In this document: positions 1-16,757 of the stretch, one piece after another
How positions within the stretch are numbered: position 1 is the first letter of the stretch
How the letters are laid out: each line of letters begins with the position of its first letter
DNA from: Eledone cirrhosa
Taxonomy: Eukaryota
Direction: 5' to 3'
Assembly: GCA_964016885.1 (NCBI GenBank)
Contig: OZ024752.1
Coordinates: forward strand, 24,180,001-24,244,000
Length of the DNA: 64,000 bases
Notes under the pieces: generated by a model
What the model saw: only the letters and a program-made list of their open reading frames with translations
Database searches by the model: none
What the model was told of the DNA's origin: nothing
Translations under genes and position numbers: made by a program

Positions 1-1257
1 CTTGAATACCTCCTGTTTCTGGTCCTCACGTTGTAAAACATGCTTGAATTTTCTATCCTCTGCTTCCCTCCTAGCTAAGTATACTTGTCGCCTAGCTTCC
101 CTCTTGGTCTCTATGTAATGTACCCTGCTCCCCCCGTTCTTCCATTCTTTCCATGCCTGTCTCTTGGCCTTGACTGCTTCATCTACCTTATTGTTCCACC
201 ACCAAGTCACTCTCCTCCTGCTTGAGGTCTTACTCCAGCCACAAACCTCATCCGTCGCCTCTAGTAAGTTATTTTTTAGGAACTCCCAGTTCTCTTCTAC
301 GTTAAATGTCTCTATCTGTTCTTCTTTACTGTCGTAGGCGTTGAGTAAAATATCTTTAAATCTGTTACTGGTTGAGGGGACTTTCAGCTTCCAGATCTTT
401 CTTCTCCAGGTTGGCCTCTGTTTCAGGGCTCGTCTAGTTCTGACCGTGAGGTCGCTGACAACTAAGCTATGTTGGGATGTACATTCCTCACTAGGGAAGG
501 CTTTTGTGTTTACGACCGTCCATCTGTCACGTCCTCTGATGAGGATAAAATCTAACTGACTAGAGTGCTCCCCTGATCTATAGGTGATCAGGTGGTTGTC
601 GGGTTTTTTAAAGTTTGTGTTACATATCGACATGTCATTGGCGTCGCAGAATTCTAGAAGTCTGAATCCTTCCTCATTCCTTGTGCTAACTCCATGGCCT
701 CCATGTACTCTATTGAAGCCGTCGCAGTGTTTACCTACGTGTCCGTTAAAATCTCCTGCAATGATTAGGAAGTCCTTGTCGTCTGTTAGAGCAGTAGTGT
801 GTATTAGGGACTCGTAAAACCTATCCTTAAGTTCGTCTGGCAGCCCCGATTGGGGTGCGTAAGCTGATATTATTGTGGTAATTGTCTTATTCAGGACTAG
901 TCTGAGTTTAATGATTCTTGCATTTACCCTGTACACTGAGATTACTTTATCTACCCACTTGTCAGCTAATAGTATACCTACACCACCCATCCCATCGTCA
1001 TTTCCCACCCAGAAAAATTTGTAGCACTGGCTTTTTCCTACAAGGACTCTAGCAGACCCTCCTCTCCATCTAGTCTCTTGCACACAGCATACATCAACTT
1101 CCTTTCGCTCTAGCATTTCTACGATTTCTCCTGCTCTTCCTTTCATTGAGCCTACATTGATGGTACCAACTCGGAGTTTTGGGCATTTGTCGACACTCGT
1201 AGGGGAGGGTCTCTGGGTTGGCGCTTCACGTGGGTGCTTGGTAGCTCGCAGATTCAT
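1..1257 (-). mobile_element. RTE-clade LINE, 5' part of ORF (AP endonuclease plus linker); 419-codon frame running off the window start
   Basis: Manual translation from ATG 1257: ...LRVGTINVGSMKG...VCCVQETRW...ISAYAPQ...IAGDFNGHVG...QLDFIL...SQHSLVV...TWWWN...EVFK at position 1. No stop seen, so it is absent from the ORF track. Confidence 0.93.
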
Positions 1258-1326
1258 ATTTCAGATTCATATATAAATATATATACATATATAAATATAT
1301 ATCGACATATATAAATATATATTTTG

Positions 1327-2456
1327 TGGCTTTCCACAAAATACATATAGTTAGCACCCCAAACACTTAAATTGGGTTATACTAACATATAACCTAATGT
1401 TTGTTGAGGGAGATGGTTACCAGTCGGAGTTTAGCGTTAAGCTATCTCTGTTATTGTATTAAATATGTTACTCTTGATTTGGCCAGAGGTACTTATTTCC
1501 AGGTACCTTATAAACATGACTTTCTGTATTTGTTACTGTTGTGAGATATGGAGGTTTTTTGGTTGTCACTTCTCTGTTTTTAGCCTAAGAAAAAATATAT
1601 ATATGCGTGTGTAAATAATTACATGCATACATTTATTTTTTAAATTAATTGATTTCTTAACGCGTGGAATTGATAATAGTTTTAAATAACTAATTAACCC
1701 GCGTGTATTAAATATTTTACTCTTAATTTGGCCAGAGATTTACATTCCCAATCGCCTTTAAAGCGTAACCTTCAGTATTTGCTGCGGTGATGTGATGCGG
1801 TTTGTTATTTTGGTATCACCTCTGTTTTTAGCCTAAGAAAATATCTATATGCGTGTGTAATTAATACACGCATACATTTATTTTTTTAATTTCAATTGAG
1901 TTCTTAACACGTTGGATTGATAATGTTTTTGAAAAAACTAATTAACCCGAGTGTATATTATTTTTTTATTTTCTTGTGTATCGTGGTTGTCTCCCTTTCC
2001 CGCTTCGTGACGCTATGAAACTTCCTCAGTCAAAAGACTGCTGGAATTTCAAATTTGGCGGTCATTCGATGCGTGAGGGAGCAGCTTAGCAGACACGATT
2101 TTTAACTGCGGTAAGAATTTTTTCTTATATCAAAGTTTAATGGGCTTCCACTGAAGATTTATAAGTGCCCACCTAAATATATTCTTACATGAATATATGT
2201 TAGGCTTCTACATAAACTGGAAACATTCTCCCAATTTGTAGAAAACTTATAATGAAACAATTGTTTGGAAAAACAGATATATTTTAACTTTAATTATATC
2301 TCATAAAATAATACAACTGGCTTTCCACAAAATACATGTAGTTAGCACCCAAACACTTAAATTGGGATATACTAACATATAACCTAATATTTGTTGAATG
2401 AGATGGTTACCAGTCGGAGTTTAGCGTTAAGCTATCTCTGTTATAGTATTAAATAT
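1327..2456 (+). mobile_element. Non-coding partial-tandem element (991-bp unit plus 140-bp terminal direct repeat) carrying a hammerhead; retrozyme/PLE-derived
   Basis: 1327-1466 repeats at 2318-2456; internal ~250-bp diverged duplication (~1457-1705 vs ~1706-1955); HHR at 2146-2270; (TA)n on both sides. Confidence 0.7.
2146..2270 (+). ncRNA. Type I hammerhead ribozyme with branched stem II
   Basis: UUCCA-CUGAAGA(2151-57)-stem II (UUAUAAGU/ACUUAUAA closing two hairpins)-GAAA(2254-57)-CAAUUG-UU-UGGAA; helix III is the palindrome ACAAUUGU. Confidence 0.8.
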
Positions 2457-2710
2457 ATATAAATATATATATATATATCCATATATACATATATATAAAT
2501 ATATATATACATATATAAATATATATATATATACTCATATATACATATATATATATATATATATACATATATGTAGATAAATCTACCAAAAATTTACGGT
2601 AGTGTCCAATCCGCATGAAGAACTCAATGTAATCCGGATATCATGAAAAGAGAAGATGCATCCAAAAACTATTTTCGGTGAAAATTAACGGAAAACAGAG
2701 TCAAGATAAA

Positions 2711-2824
2711 TTAATAAAATAATGAATAAACAAAGAAACAGTTCCTTATATTAAAAAAATTTTTTAAATGATGAATTTTTTTAATATAAGGAACTGTTTC
2801 TTTGTTTATTCATTATTTTATTAA
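2711..2824. repeat. Foldback inverted repeat, ~50-bp arms
   Basis: ttaataaaataatgaataaacaaagaaacagttccttatattaaaaaaa followed after a short spacer by its reverse complement. Confidence 0.9.
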
Positions 2825-2866
2825 TGTATATATACATATATACATATATAAATATATATATATATA

Positions 2867-3007
2867 TGTGTTTCTTATTGGCAACATGACCCTCCCAAAG
2901 CATAACAATATATATATATACATATATAAATATATAAATGTATACATATTTATATATGTATATATATATATTGTTATGCTTTGGGAGGGTCATGTTGCCA
3001 ATAAGAA

Positions 3008-3011
<4 letters not shown>
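2867..3011. repeat. Foldback inverted repeat, ~65-bp arms
   Basis: tgtgtttcttattggcaacatgaccctcccaaagcataacaatatat...atatattgttatgctttgggagggtcatgttgccaataagaaacaca. Confidence 0.92.
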
Positions 3012-3063
<52 letters not shown>

Positions 3064-3065
<2 letters not shown>

Positions 3066-3405
3066 GAAGGCACATAGCTTAGTGATTAGAGCATTGGCCT
3101 TGCAATTGAAAGGTTGTGAGTTCAATTCTCAGACTGGGTGATGTGTTGTGTACTTGAGCAAGACACTTTATTTCACATTGCTCCAGTTTACTCAGCTGTA
3201 GAAATGAGATGATAGGGAATGGGGTCCATATTATTCCACTGTAAAGTGGTCGTGGAGGTGCGACGGCAAAAAAGCACCCAGCACTCACTGTAAATGAGGT
3301 TGATGTTAGGAAGGGCATCCAGCTGTAGAAATCAAGCCAGAATCAGTTCCCGTCCCACCCTTGCAAGCAAGGAAAAGCGGACGTAAAATGATGATGATGA
3401 TGATG
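3064..3405 (+). mobile_element. tRNA-derived CORE-type SINE with RTE-derived 3' tail ending in (GAT)n
   Basis: A box tagcttagtgattag, B box gagttcaattc, CORE-like cttgagcaagacacttta; 3236-3405 resembles the RTE 3' UTR at 47046-47302. Confidence 0.8.
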
Positions 3406-3559
3406 ATATATTTATATATGTATATATATTTATAAATGTATATATATTCATACATGTATATATATATATATATATATACATATATAAATATATATACATA
3501 TATAATCATCATTTTACGTCCGCTTCTGCTCTAACCACTAAGCTATGTGCCTCCCACCA

Positions 3560-3939
3560 TATATACATATATATATAAATATATATATACATATATAAAT
3601 ATATATATACATATATTAATATATATATACATATATAAATATATATATAAATATATAAATATATATATACATATATAAATATATATATACATATATAAAT
3701 ATATATATAAATATATAAATATATATATACATATATAAATATATATATACATATATAAATATATATATAAATATATAAATATATATATAAATATATATAT
3801 ACACATATATATATACATATATAAATATATATATACATATATAAATATATATATAAATATATAAATATATATATAAATATATAAATATATATATACACAT
3901 ATATATATACATATATAAATATATATATATACATATATA

Positions 3940-3979
<40 letters not shown>

Positions 3980-4040
3980 CATATATAAATATATAAATAT
4001 ATATATATACATATATAAATATATAAATATATATATATAC

Positions 4041-4071
<31 letters not shown>

Positions 4072-4232
4072 CATATATATATATACATATATAAATATAT
4101 ATATATACATATATAAATATATATATATACATATATAAATATATATATATACATATATAAATATATATATATATATATATAAATTATATATATACATATA
4201 TAAATATATATATATATATATATAAATTATAT

Positions 4233-4269
<37 letters not shown>

Positions 4270-4277
4270 AATTATAT

Positions 4278-4314
<37 letters not shown>

Positions 4315-4317
4315 AAT

Positions 4318-4396
<79 letters not shown>

Positions 4397-4401
4397 CATA
4401 T

Positions 4402-4455
<54 letters not shown>

Positions 4456-4470
4456 CATATATAAATTATA

Positions 4471-4520
<50 letters not shown>

Positions 4521-4525
4521 ATATG

Positions 4526-4590
<65 letters not shown>

Positions 4591-4830
4591 TTATATATAT
4601 ATATATATAATTTATATATATATATATATATATTTATATATGTATATATATAATTTATATATATATATATATATATTTATATATGTATATATATATATTT
4701 ATATATGTATATATATATATTTATATATGTATATCTAAACATTTATATATGTATATCTAAACATTTATATATATATATTTATATATGTATATCTAAACAT
4801 TTATATATGTATATCTAAACATTTTTATCT
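3560..4830. repeat. Degenerate (TA)n microsatellite array
   Basis: Direct reading. Confidence 0.97.
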
Positions 4831-6156
4831 AAACATTCCTCATGAAAAATTAAGCTACCCTAAAAGCCGATGCTCCAAATTTTTTGAATTAACCTTACAC
4901 TAGATAAACTTCTATATTAAATATAGGAACATATGTAGACATTATTGGACATCATAATCTTTTTTGCAATATTCTTTGCTAGATGTGATTTGATAGATAA
5001 TTTTTGGCTTTGTCTTGTAATGAACTTGGCAATATATTGTCAATTAACTTTGAAGGGTTGTTCTTTGTGGTTTATTTTCATTTTTATTTTTATTTTTATT
5101 TTTATTTTTATTTTTATTTTTATCCTTATTCTTTTAGTATTGTAGTATTCTATAATATTTTTATTTTTATTTTATTTTTAATATTTTTATATGTAAATTT
5201 TTAATACGTAATATTTTTTAATACGTATTTTTAATATGCAATATTTTTATTATGTAATATTCTTTCGTAATATCTTTTTAGTTTTCTATTCTATATTTTT
5301 ATATATTTTTACTTATTATTATTATTATTGTTATCTTTGTTTATAATATAATATATATTTTCGATTAGTATATTGAAATCTGCTCTCTATTTCTGCTTGA
5401 TAGATAATCTTGTAGAGTAATCGCAAGAATAATAATATGCTCAAATTTTTATACCACATTGAGAATGTTTTCCGGTAACTTAGAATTTGCGGAGTGAATC
5501 AGTTGGATTCACATTGATGTTTGTAGCTGTCACATAAACATATGAATTTTTTAAAACTAAACATAAGATAATGAATTTTCACACATTGTGAATACTTGTT
5601 TCATTCAGGAATACTGATATTTACAGTATAGTGTAAGTTTTATAAATACTAATACATTAAAACATAGGGTTTTCTACGCCTCGAATATGTCTGGCTATTT
5701 TTAAATTTTTTCTCTCTCTATATCTCTCTATATCTCTCTATATTTCTCCCTTACATTAATACTTGAGCTAAATAAATAAATAAATAAATAAATGTATCAT
5801 TGATACACTTACTCAAAATGACCTCCCACTACCTAATTTTCTATATATATATATGTATCTATCTCTATTTCCTCTCTCTATATATATATATCTCTTTCTG
5901 TCTCTTTACATGAAGCTCTTCGCTTTATCTATTTTTCCATCTCTCTATTTTGTTCCATGCATTTCTTCTTTTTCTTTTTTCTTCTTTTTCTTTTTCTTCC
6001 TTCTCTTCGTTCTGTCTTTCTTTCTTTCTTTTTTCCCTCTTTTCTTTCTCTCTTTCTTTCTCTCTGTATTTTCACTGCTAGCGTAAACCTCTCCAAATGA
6101 AGTTGATGTTTATTACGGTATGTCGAATATATTTATCTATAAAACTGTTTATATTG

Positions 6157-6222
6157 TATTTTGTCTGATGAAGGCATAGCATATTGTTAATATGATATCC
6201 CCGAAATATATATAATGAAATA
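6157..6222 (+). ncRNA. Type I hammerhead ribozyme (family A)
   Basis: UAUUUUGU-CUGAUGA(6165-71)-stem II (CAUAUU/AAUAUG)-GAAA(6203-06)-UAUAUA-UA-AUGAAAUA; helix I 8 bp with two G-U pairs. Confidence 0.75.
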
Positions 6223-6353
6223 AATATGGTTTTATAAATATAGTTTTCCATTTATTTAATATTGTAAATATACTCCAAATATTTGTCGAGTGCTTTTATA
6301 TCAGTTATAAATATTTACTAGTTGTAACCCAACAATTTTAAATATAACTTTAC

Positions 6354-6418
<65 letters not shown>

Positions 6419-6529
6419 CATATACATATATATATACATATATATATATATACATATATATACATATATATATATATACATATATATACATATATATATA
6501 TCTACATATATATACATATATATATATAC

Positions 6530-6560
<31 letters not shown>

Positions 6561-6567
6561 CATATAT
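6354..6567. repeat. (TA)n/TACA microsatellite
   Basis: Direct reading. Confidence 0.95.
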
Positions 6568-6606
6568 AGAAATTACATGAATCAAAGTTCAGTTTAAATC
6601 ATTTAT

Positions 6607-6655
6607 TTGCTTACAATTGTTTCCTCCAAACCGAGGTTTGATTTCTTTGGAGCAA
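6607..6655 (-). ncRNA. Degenerate hammerhead (core reads CCAAAGA instead of CUGAAGA)
   Basis: Minus strand: UUGCU-CCAAAGA-..CAAACC/GGUUUG..-GAAA-CAAUUG-UA-AGCAA; helices I-III retained. Confidence 0.5.
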
Positions 6656-7830
6656 CTATTTAGTGATTTTTACATACTTGACCTCCTTTTCAACACAAGA
6701 GACATATAAAAACATATGTATATATTGACCCACAGTGGGTTGACATCCATCATAATAATATAGCATTGCAATTTACATACAAAGGTTACAGTCATATTAA
6801 AGGACAAAATTAAAGTTAAAATAAAAATAAAAATAAAACATTGGCAGTTTATGAAAATAAAGCAAGAGGGAAGTTTAGAGTAGTCAGTGTATGAAACAGT
6901 CTCACGTGTGGCATGCACGCGTGTCTTATTTATACAGGATTATAGTGCGGCAGATTGTTACATGTAAAACAAGCAGTTAAAGCAGGCAATCAATAGCATC
7001 ATGGGGGCTGTATTGTTAAAGCATTTTTCACACACACCTGTACGATATATAAGCCCGTTTGTAGAGAAACACCAAAAATATCAAAAATATTACAAATGAG
7101 AAGCAAAACAGCACCACTGTCCTCGCACCCACCACCACTCACACAATCCAGGAAACGCAATTTATAGACTACATGTCCATCACACAATCCACGATGATTC
7201 AACATTGTGTGCCTGATGAACCATGTTATAAATCATAGTTTGTCGTTCCTTATTTCGATTCATAGATCAGGTTGTTTTTGTTGTGAGAGATGACATTGTA
7301 TTATATTCCGGAAGTGTGTGTGTGATTAAGGGGAGTTAATGCGTAAGGGGGAGGTAACTAGCTGATTTTCATAGTTAAATATATTATCCTAAAGTACATA
7401 AATGGTGTTTCAAATGAGTCCTTATCATATAAGGTTATAAACAATTTCTAAATTTAAGTATCTTATCTATAAATTACAGTATAGTCTATCAAGAAGTACT
7501 AAAGGTGTTCATATCAGGATGATTACCTTCTATCATGCCACAACAGAACATTCTACAAGAAGAGTCAGACCTCCAAATCAATGATCTATGTAAGTGTAGT
7601 CCACCCGCAGAACCTGGCAGGGTCTTATTACTATATATGACTCCCGGTAAGCTCTGGGTCATTGTATGTCTGAATGCATGGCAAAGTTAAATATCACCAG
7701 GGTGGTCCAGAGATCAATTCTCTCATACAAAGACACTAATCTAGCCATCAAGCCATACATATACTCATAACTCATATATCACCTGTACATAATTCATTGT
7801 ACTCAGCATATAGAATATATAGCCCTTTTA

Positions 7831-7891
<61 letters not shown>

Positions 7892-7894
7892 TAT

Positions 7895-10800
7895 CATCAT
7901 CATCATCATCATCGTTTAACGTCCATGTTCCACGCTTGCATGGGTTTGGACGGGAGTTTTACCACTTAAGGCAAGAGTGGTTGTCTTGCTCGCATAGGAC
8001 TGTCTGGCGGGTTTTCTACAGCTGGATGCCCTTCCTAACACCAACCACATTTACAGTGTGGGGCTGGGAGGTTTTTACCGTGTTGCCTACACGGCCACAT
8101 TACAGCGTGGACTGTCTGATGGCGGGTTTTCTACAGCTGGATGGCATTCCTAACACCAACCACATTTACAGTGTGGGACTGGGAGGTTTTTACCGTGTTG
8201 CCTACACGGCCACATTACAGCATGGAGTGTGTGTTTTTTGTCGTGACACCTACACGATCTCATTTGTTTCGGCCTGGGTGTTGTGGCACCAACATAACTT
8301 TACATTGAAAGGGGCGGTGTGGATGGGGTGGGGGTCGTGTGACGGGGGCGTATTTTGTTAGAGATGCCTACTGACTGTAGTAGGTTTACTTTGTATTTAG
8401 GCAAGGCGGGTCTTCTATATTACTGAGTACCGCCAAAGATCTCGGTCCAGTGACATTGTCTTGGAGAGGTGTAAGAGTGTGAGGTCGGAATTTATCAGGT
8501 CGTCCCAGGTTTTTCTGGGTCTGCCTACTCCGTGGCTACCGTCTATCTTTATTGCCCTGCACTTTTTTATACAGCTGTCGTCTTTCATGCGCATCACGTG
8601 ACCATACCAACGTAGCCTTCACTCGACTAAACAACATCTGATCCCTCTTATTTCTAATTTTTCCCTTAGTTCGTTTATGCTTTGCCGTTCGCGTATATTA
8701 CTATTACACATCCAGCGGAGCATGCAAGCTTCGTTCCTCTCTAGTCTGTGTATATCCTCTGCACACAATGCCCAGGTCTCACTGCCATGCAACATTGCTG
8801 TTCGTATGCAGGCATCATACAGCCTGCCTTTCATTTTTAGGGAGAACCCTTTAGCGGCTAATAGTGGTATAAGCTCTCTGAACTTTTTCCATCCACTTCT
8901 GACTCTAGCTACTGTACTTTCAGAGCACCCTCCCCCACTGCTGATTTTGTCACCCAGGTAACGGAAGCTGTCCACTATTTCTATAGAACCCTCTGCGCAA
9001 TTGAAAGAGCTAGTATTTTGTGGGCACTTGCTGCTACTTATTGCACCAGAGCACAGGCCACATGTAAAATCTATGTTCTTAGTTAGCTTACCTGTGATCC
9101 CACTACATATGTTATGCACCCATACTTTGCATTTGGGACATAAAATGGAGTTTCTACCTACGCCTTTCCTACACACTGAGCATGGCCATTTCCCGGAAGG
9201 GACCGGCGCCTTATTTTCTTTCCTACAAACTAGAACTTTAGTCTTAGCCAGGTTTATTTTAAGGCCTTTTGATTCTAGGCCGTGCTTCGATGTTTGGAAT
9301 TTCTTCTCTAGCTCGGCCATTGATTCAGCTATGAGCGTTAGATCATCTGCGTATAGGAGTTCCCATGGGAAGCCGGTCTTGAACTCCACTGTTATAGCCT
9401 GTAGGGCAATAATAAATAGTAGGGGGCTAAGAACAGAGCCCTGATGAACACCAACTTTTACGCTAAACTCTTCACTATATTCGTTGTTAATTCTAACCTT
9501 GCTGACTGTTTCTTTATACATTGTTTGTATAGCTCTCACAAGCCATTCATCAACACCTAGTTTTCTAAGAGCCCACCAGATAATGGAACGGGGGACTCTG
9601 TCGAAGGCTTTCTCCAAGTCGACAAAAGCTAAGTATAGGGGTTTACTTTTAGCTTGGTACTTCTCCTGTAGTTGTCGTACAATGAAAAGAGCGTCTGTGG
9701 TACTTTTGCCTGACACAAACCCGAACTGCATTTCATCTAGATCAATTCTCTCTCTGATTAGTTGCACCATTACTTTTTCCGTGACCTTCATGACCTGGTC
9801 GATTAATTTAATGCCTCTATAGTTACTCCTATCTAGGGCGTCTCCTTTACCCTTGTAACAGTTAATGATGATGCTGCTACGCCAGTCCTTCGGAACAACT
9901 CCATTCTGTATTACTTGGTTTACTATCCGGGTGACCATGGTGTGTCCCACCGTTCCAGAGGCTTTCAGCATCTCAGCAACTATTTCCGAAGGCCCAGCCG
10001 CCTTACCCGTCTTCATATCTTTGATTGCCTTACTTATTATACTACCTTCAATTAACACTGCTGGTCCCTCTATTGGATCGATCTGGGGGAGACTATCCTT
10101 CTCCCATTTATTCTCCTCATTTAGTAGCCTTTCGTAGTGACACTTCCAAGCTACCTTCTTATCAGCGTCAGTGATGGCAAGTACGCCATCATCATTTAGT
10201 ACACACTTCTCCCCGACAATATCACGGTTTTCCTTGACACATTGCCTAGCAATCCTGAACACCTCACGTTTTTGGTCCTCGCGTTGTAGAACATGCTTGA
10301 ACTTTCTTTCCTCTGCTTCCCTTCTTGCGAAGTACACTTGTCTCCTAGCTTCCCTCCTGGCCACTAGATAGTCTTCTCTACTTCCCCCATCCCGCCATAC
10401 TTTCCAAGCCTGCTTTTTGGCCTTAATCGACTCCTCCACCTTACTGTTCCACCACCATGTTACTCTCCTCCTGCCTATAGGCCTGCTCCGGCCACAGACT
10501 TCGTCTGCCGCCATCAGCAGGTTTGCTTTCAGGAATTCCCACTGTTCCGCTATATTGTACGACTCTAAATGCTCTTCCTTACTGTCGAAAGCATCAAGTA
10601 ATATGCTTTGAAATTTATTTCTGGCTGTGGGGTCCTTTAGCTTCCATATTTTTCTCCTGAGGATAGTCCTCTTCTGCAGTCGGGTACGTCTCGTCCTGAC
10701 TATGAGGTCGCTAATTATCAGTCTATGTTGGGAGGTGCATTCTTCGTGGGGGAGGGATTTAGTGTTTACAACAGACACTCTGTCACGTCTTCTGGTAAGG

Positions 10801-12270
10801 ATATAATCTACCTGGCTGGTATGTTCCCCTGATCTGTAGGTGATCAAGTGATTGTCTCGTTTTTTGAAGTTAGTGTTACAGATTGTTAGGTTATTTGCGT
10901 CACAGAATTCCAGGATTCTGGAGCCTTCCTCATTTCTAGTACCAAAACCATAGCCTCCGTGGATTCCATCCTAGCCGTCACAATGTTGTCCAACATGACC
11001 ATTTAGGTCGCCAGCAATAATTATATAGTCACTGTCGGTTATTTGGGAGGTAGCGAGCATCAGTGTCTCATAGAAAGTGTCTTTTATAGTGCCAGGCAGT
11101 CCAGATTGGGGCGCGTACGCAGATATTATCGTCACAGTAGTTCTATTTAGAACAAGTCTTATTTTAATTATTCTGTCGTTTACTCTATTTACGTATATTA
11201 TCTAATCCACCCATTTTTCTGCTAACATGATTCCTACTCCACCCAGCCCATTGTCATTTCCCACCCAGAAAAGCTTATAGCATCGTTTTTTACCCACAAT
11301 GAATCTAGCCGACCCGCCCCTCCACCTGGTCTCTTGGATACAGCAGACATCAACCTCCTTACGTTCAAGCATTTCTACAACCTCGTTAGAGCGGCCTTTT
11401 AAGGTCCCTACATTCATGGTACCAACTCTGAAGTTTTGGATTGCGTTTGGTGGTGGGGTGCAGGGAGGGGTGAGGTGGATGGGGTTGGGGTTATGTTGGC
11501 CATCCGCGGCCGCAACAAAGAGGGTGGGGCCTTGCCCTTTCGTCCGGCAGCATGAGGTGAATTTGTCGTTATCTTTTGCATTGTCTTCGGGTGTCCAGAT
11601 TCTTCTGACTCTCCAGAAATTCCCTAGTTCATCCATCATATCGAAAAGCAACCAGAAGTGCTAGCATAGGTCGTTTACTTGTGATTGGTCCAAATAATAA
11701 GGTGGAGTGTGTGGGCGGGAGGGATGGATTGTGTGGGCGAGAGGGAGGGGTATGGGCTAGTTTGCGAGGAGCAGACTTATTTTTTAGAACAACAGTGAGA
11801 CAGAATTATAGAAAGACAATTATGAATACGATTTTTTGATTCTGGGGGATTGTAAGATATATAGACGGATGAAACCGAATGTGGAGAGTTGAGAAGAAAA
11901 TGAGATATGTACGTTACATTTCTTAGAAGTAGACTGAACGAGCGAGCATCAATAATAGTTGACAAATTCTGAGTTTAGTCCCCCGTAACAAGACTTATTT
12001 ATATTTGGTTGGCAGAGAGTGAGGGGTAGTGAGAGAGCGGCGTATATGATAGTGAGAGGGTGAGATACGATTTCAGCGAGCCGAGAGAGAGAGGTCATCC
12101 CATCCCTAATAAAACCTGGCAGAATTTTTTTTTTTTTTTTTCGACCAAAATGGTTGCGGGAATATTATTTAGAACAACGTGGAGAAGATTTTTAGAAAGA
12201 CAATTATGAATACGATTTTTGATACTGGGGGATTGTAAGATATATAGATGAATGAACCGAGGAGCAGACT
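7895..12270 (-). mobile_element. Near full-length RTE-clade LINE (APE, RT, PHD-type finger) with three in-frame nonsense codons
   Basis: ORFs 11202-11651, 8619-10847 and 8415-8597 share one frame; stops at 11202, 10971, 8619. RT motifs FVDLEKAFD, GVHQGSVLSP, LLYADD, FRYLG. (GAT)n tail at 7895; duplicated ~110-bp block in the 3' UTR (7998-8222); duplicated block upstream (11776-11870 vs 12166-12260). Confidence 0.95.
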
Positions 12271-12279
12271 TTTTTTTAA

Positions 12280-16252
<3,973 letters not shown>

Positions 16253-16518
16253 AACGGAAAAAATGAAAGGAAATTTCATTTCTCACTCTTAGTACGGCTG
16301 TTACTTAAATATAAGTATGTATATGTACATACATATAAGTATACAGATGTACAGTAGTATGTATATATATATACATACATGCACACATATATATATGTAC
16401 GTATGGATTTACCGAACATTTATTATAATGCTCGGTGTGTTTGTAAACAAACATCCCGAATTAGGCCGTACAGTGTTTAGCAACCATCGTTGCTCTTTTG
16501 TTTAACACTGACAAAGGA

Positions 16519-16561
16519 ACGCTGTACTAGTTTCAAGCTTATGAGCTATCATCAGCAACGT
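16519..16561 (-). ncRNA. Minimal type I hammerhead ribozyme
   Basis: Minus strand: ACGUUG-CUGAUGA-U AGCU CAUA AGCU U-GAAA-CUAG-UA-CAGCGU; helix III palindrome ACUAGU; helix I extends with AAGG/CCUU. Confidence 0.82.
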
Positions 16562-16692
16562 ATACCTTCCTGCCAGATGATTGAACGTCTGAAAGTATAT
16601 ACTTTCCATATGCATATTAACGGCTGAGCAGCCTAATTTGCATATCGCATATTTGCATTAGATAGCTAATAAGCTTACATCATTCTTAAACT

Positions 16693-16757
16693 TATTTTAT
16701 TATATATATTTCAAGGGCGACCAAGCCAATCTAGGTGCGCTTTCATCAGATAAAATA
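16693..16757 (-). ncRNA. Type I hammerhead ribozyme (family A)
   Basis: Minus strand: UAUUUUAU-CUGAUGA-imperfect GC-rich stem II-GAAA-UAUAUA-UA-AUAAAAUA; helix I is a perfect 8 bp. Confidence 0.8.

Noticed and set aside
3064-3140. tRNA gene
   Set aside because: A and B boxes are present but it runs into CORE and LINE-tail sequence and recurs as dispersed copies; it is a SINE head.
4860-5760. Decayed PLE coding sequence upstream of the 6157 hammerhead (likewise 17450-18000)
   Set aside because: No convincing motif recoverable by eye; needs a translated HMM search.
7213-7245. CTGATGA followed by a weak hairpin
   Set aside because: No downstream GAAA/UH box or helix I partner; at most a truncated hammerhead.
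8677-11664. Plus-strand ORFs opposite the RTE ORF, and similar ones opposite the ZNF and Tx1 ORFs
   Set aside because: Antisense shadows of real coding frames with no motifs of their own.
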